NCBI GenBank assembly: GCA_002633005.1
Contig: NMRA01000329.1
Span: 417,894-481,893 of the forward strand
Origin: Phoronis australis
Lineage: Eukaryota > Animalia > Phoronida
Length of the DNA: 64,000 nucleotides
Direction: 5' to 3'
Position 1 is the stretch's first letter; every line of letters starts with the position of its first letter. Below the pieces are notes generated by a model, which made no database searches, had not been told where the DNA came from, and saw nothing but the letters and a program-made list of their open reading frames with translations. Both the position numbers and the translations under genes were made by a program. Shown here in pieces: positions 63,676 through 64,000 of the stretch.

Positions 63676-64000
63676 CCTTTTTGTTTTTCCCGCATTTTTC
63701 TTTTTTCCAGCTTTTTTTTTGTTTTCCCCACTCTTTTTGTTTTCCTGCCCTTTTTGTTTTCCCGCCTTTTTGTTTTCCCATCCTTTTTGTTTCAGCCTAT
63801 TTTGCTTTCCCGACTTTTGCTTTCCTGCCTGTTTTGCTTTACTGCCTTTTTTGCTTTCCCACCCTTTTTGTTTTCCCACCGTTTTTGCTTTTCTGCCTTT
63901 TATTGTTTTCCCAAATTTTATTGTTTTCCCACCTTTTTTGTTTTCCCGCTTGTTTCCCAGCCTCTTGTTTTCCCGCCCTTTTTATTTTCCCGCCCTTTTT
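63676..64000. repeat. Pyrimidine-rich ~16-bp degenerate minisatellite running off the window edge
   Basis: TTTTTGTTTTCCC(G/A)CC-type units. Confidence 0.85.

Noticed and set aside
63673-63879. Lys/Gly-rich 68-aa ORF
   Set aside because: Translation of the T-rich minisatellite.

Overview
This window is intron-rich, AT-rich animal genomic DNA, not prokaryotic; an invertebrate source is my inference. It comes from a draft assembly with a 525-N gap and several single-N joins. Three spliced genes can be built by hand from GT-AG junctions and recalled protein similarity. MED29 (minus strand, 4 exons, 153 aa) and PAF1 (plus strand, 12 exons, 463 aa) sit head-to-head with only 367 bp between their start codons, as in human. 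B4GAT1 (minus strand, 2 coding exons, 421 aa) has two uORFs and a candidate NRF1 promoter. The rest is repetitive. It includes four GC-rich MITEs with 5-bp target-site duplications, a Tc1/mariner-type non-autonomous element, and a ~173-bp satellite whose palindrome spacer alternates orientation between monomers. It also holds a 19-bp minisatellite, a decayed L1/Tx1-clade LINE present twice (probably a haplotype artefact) carrying a ~147-bp-period array of CTCF-like motifs, a ~3.5-kb foldback structure, and a ~1.8-kb macrosatellite interrupted by a solo LTR. I cannot demonstrate a new biological system from sequence alone. The best candidates are the spacer-flipping satellite, the CTCF-like array and the 5-bp-TSD MITE group. 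No database searches were run, and all homology calls are from recall.
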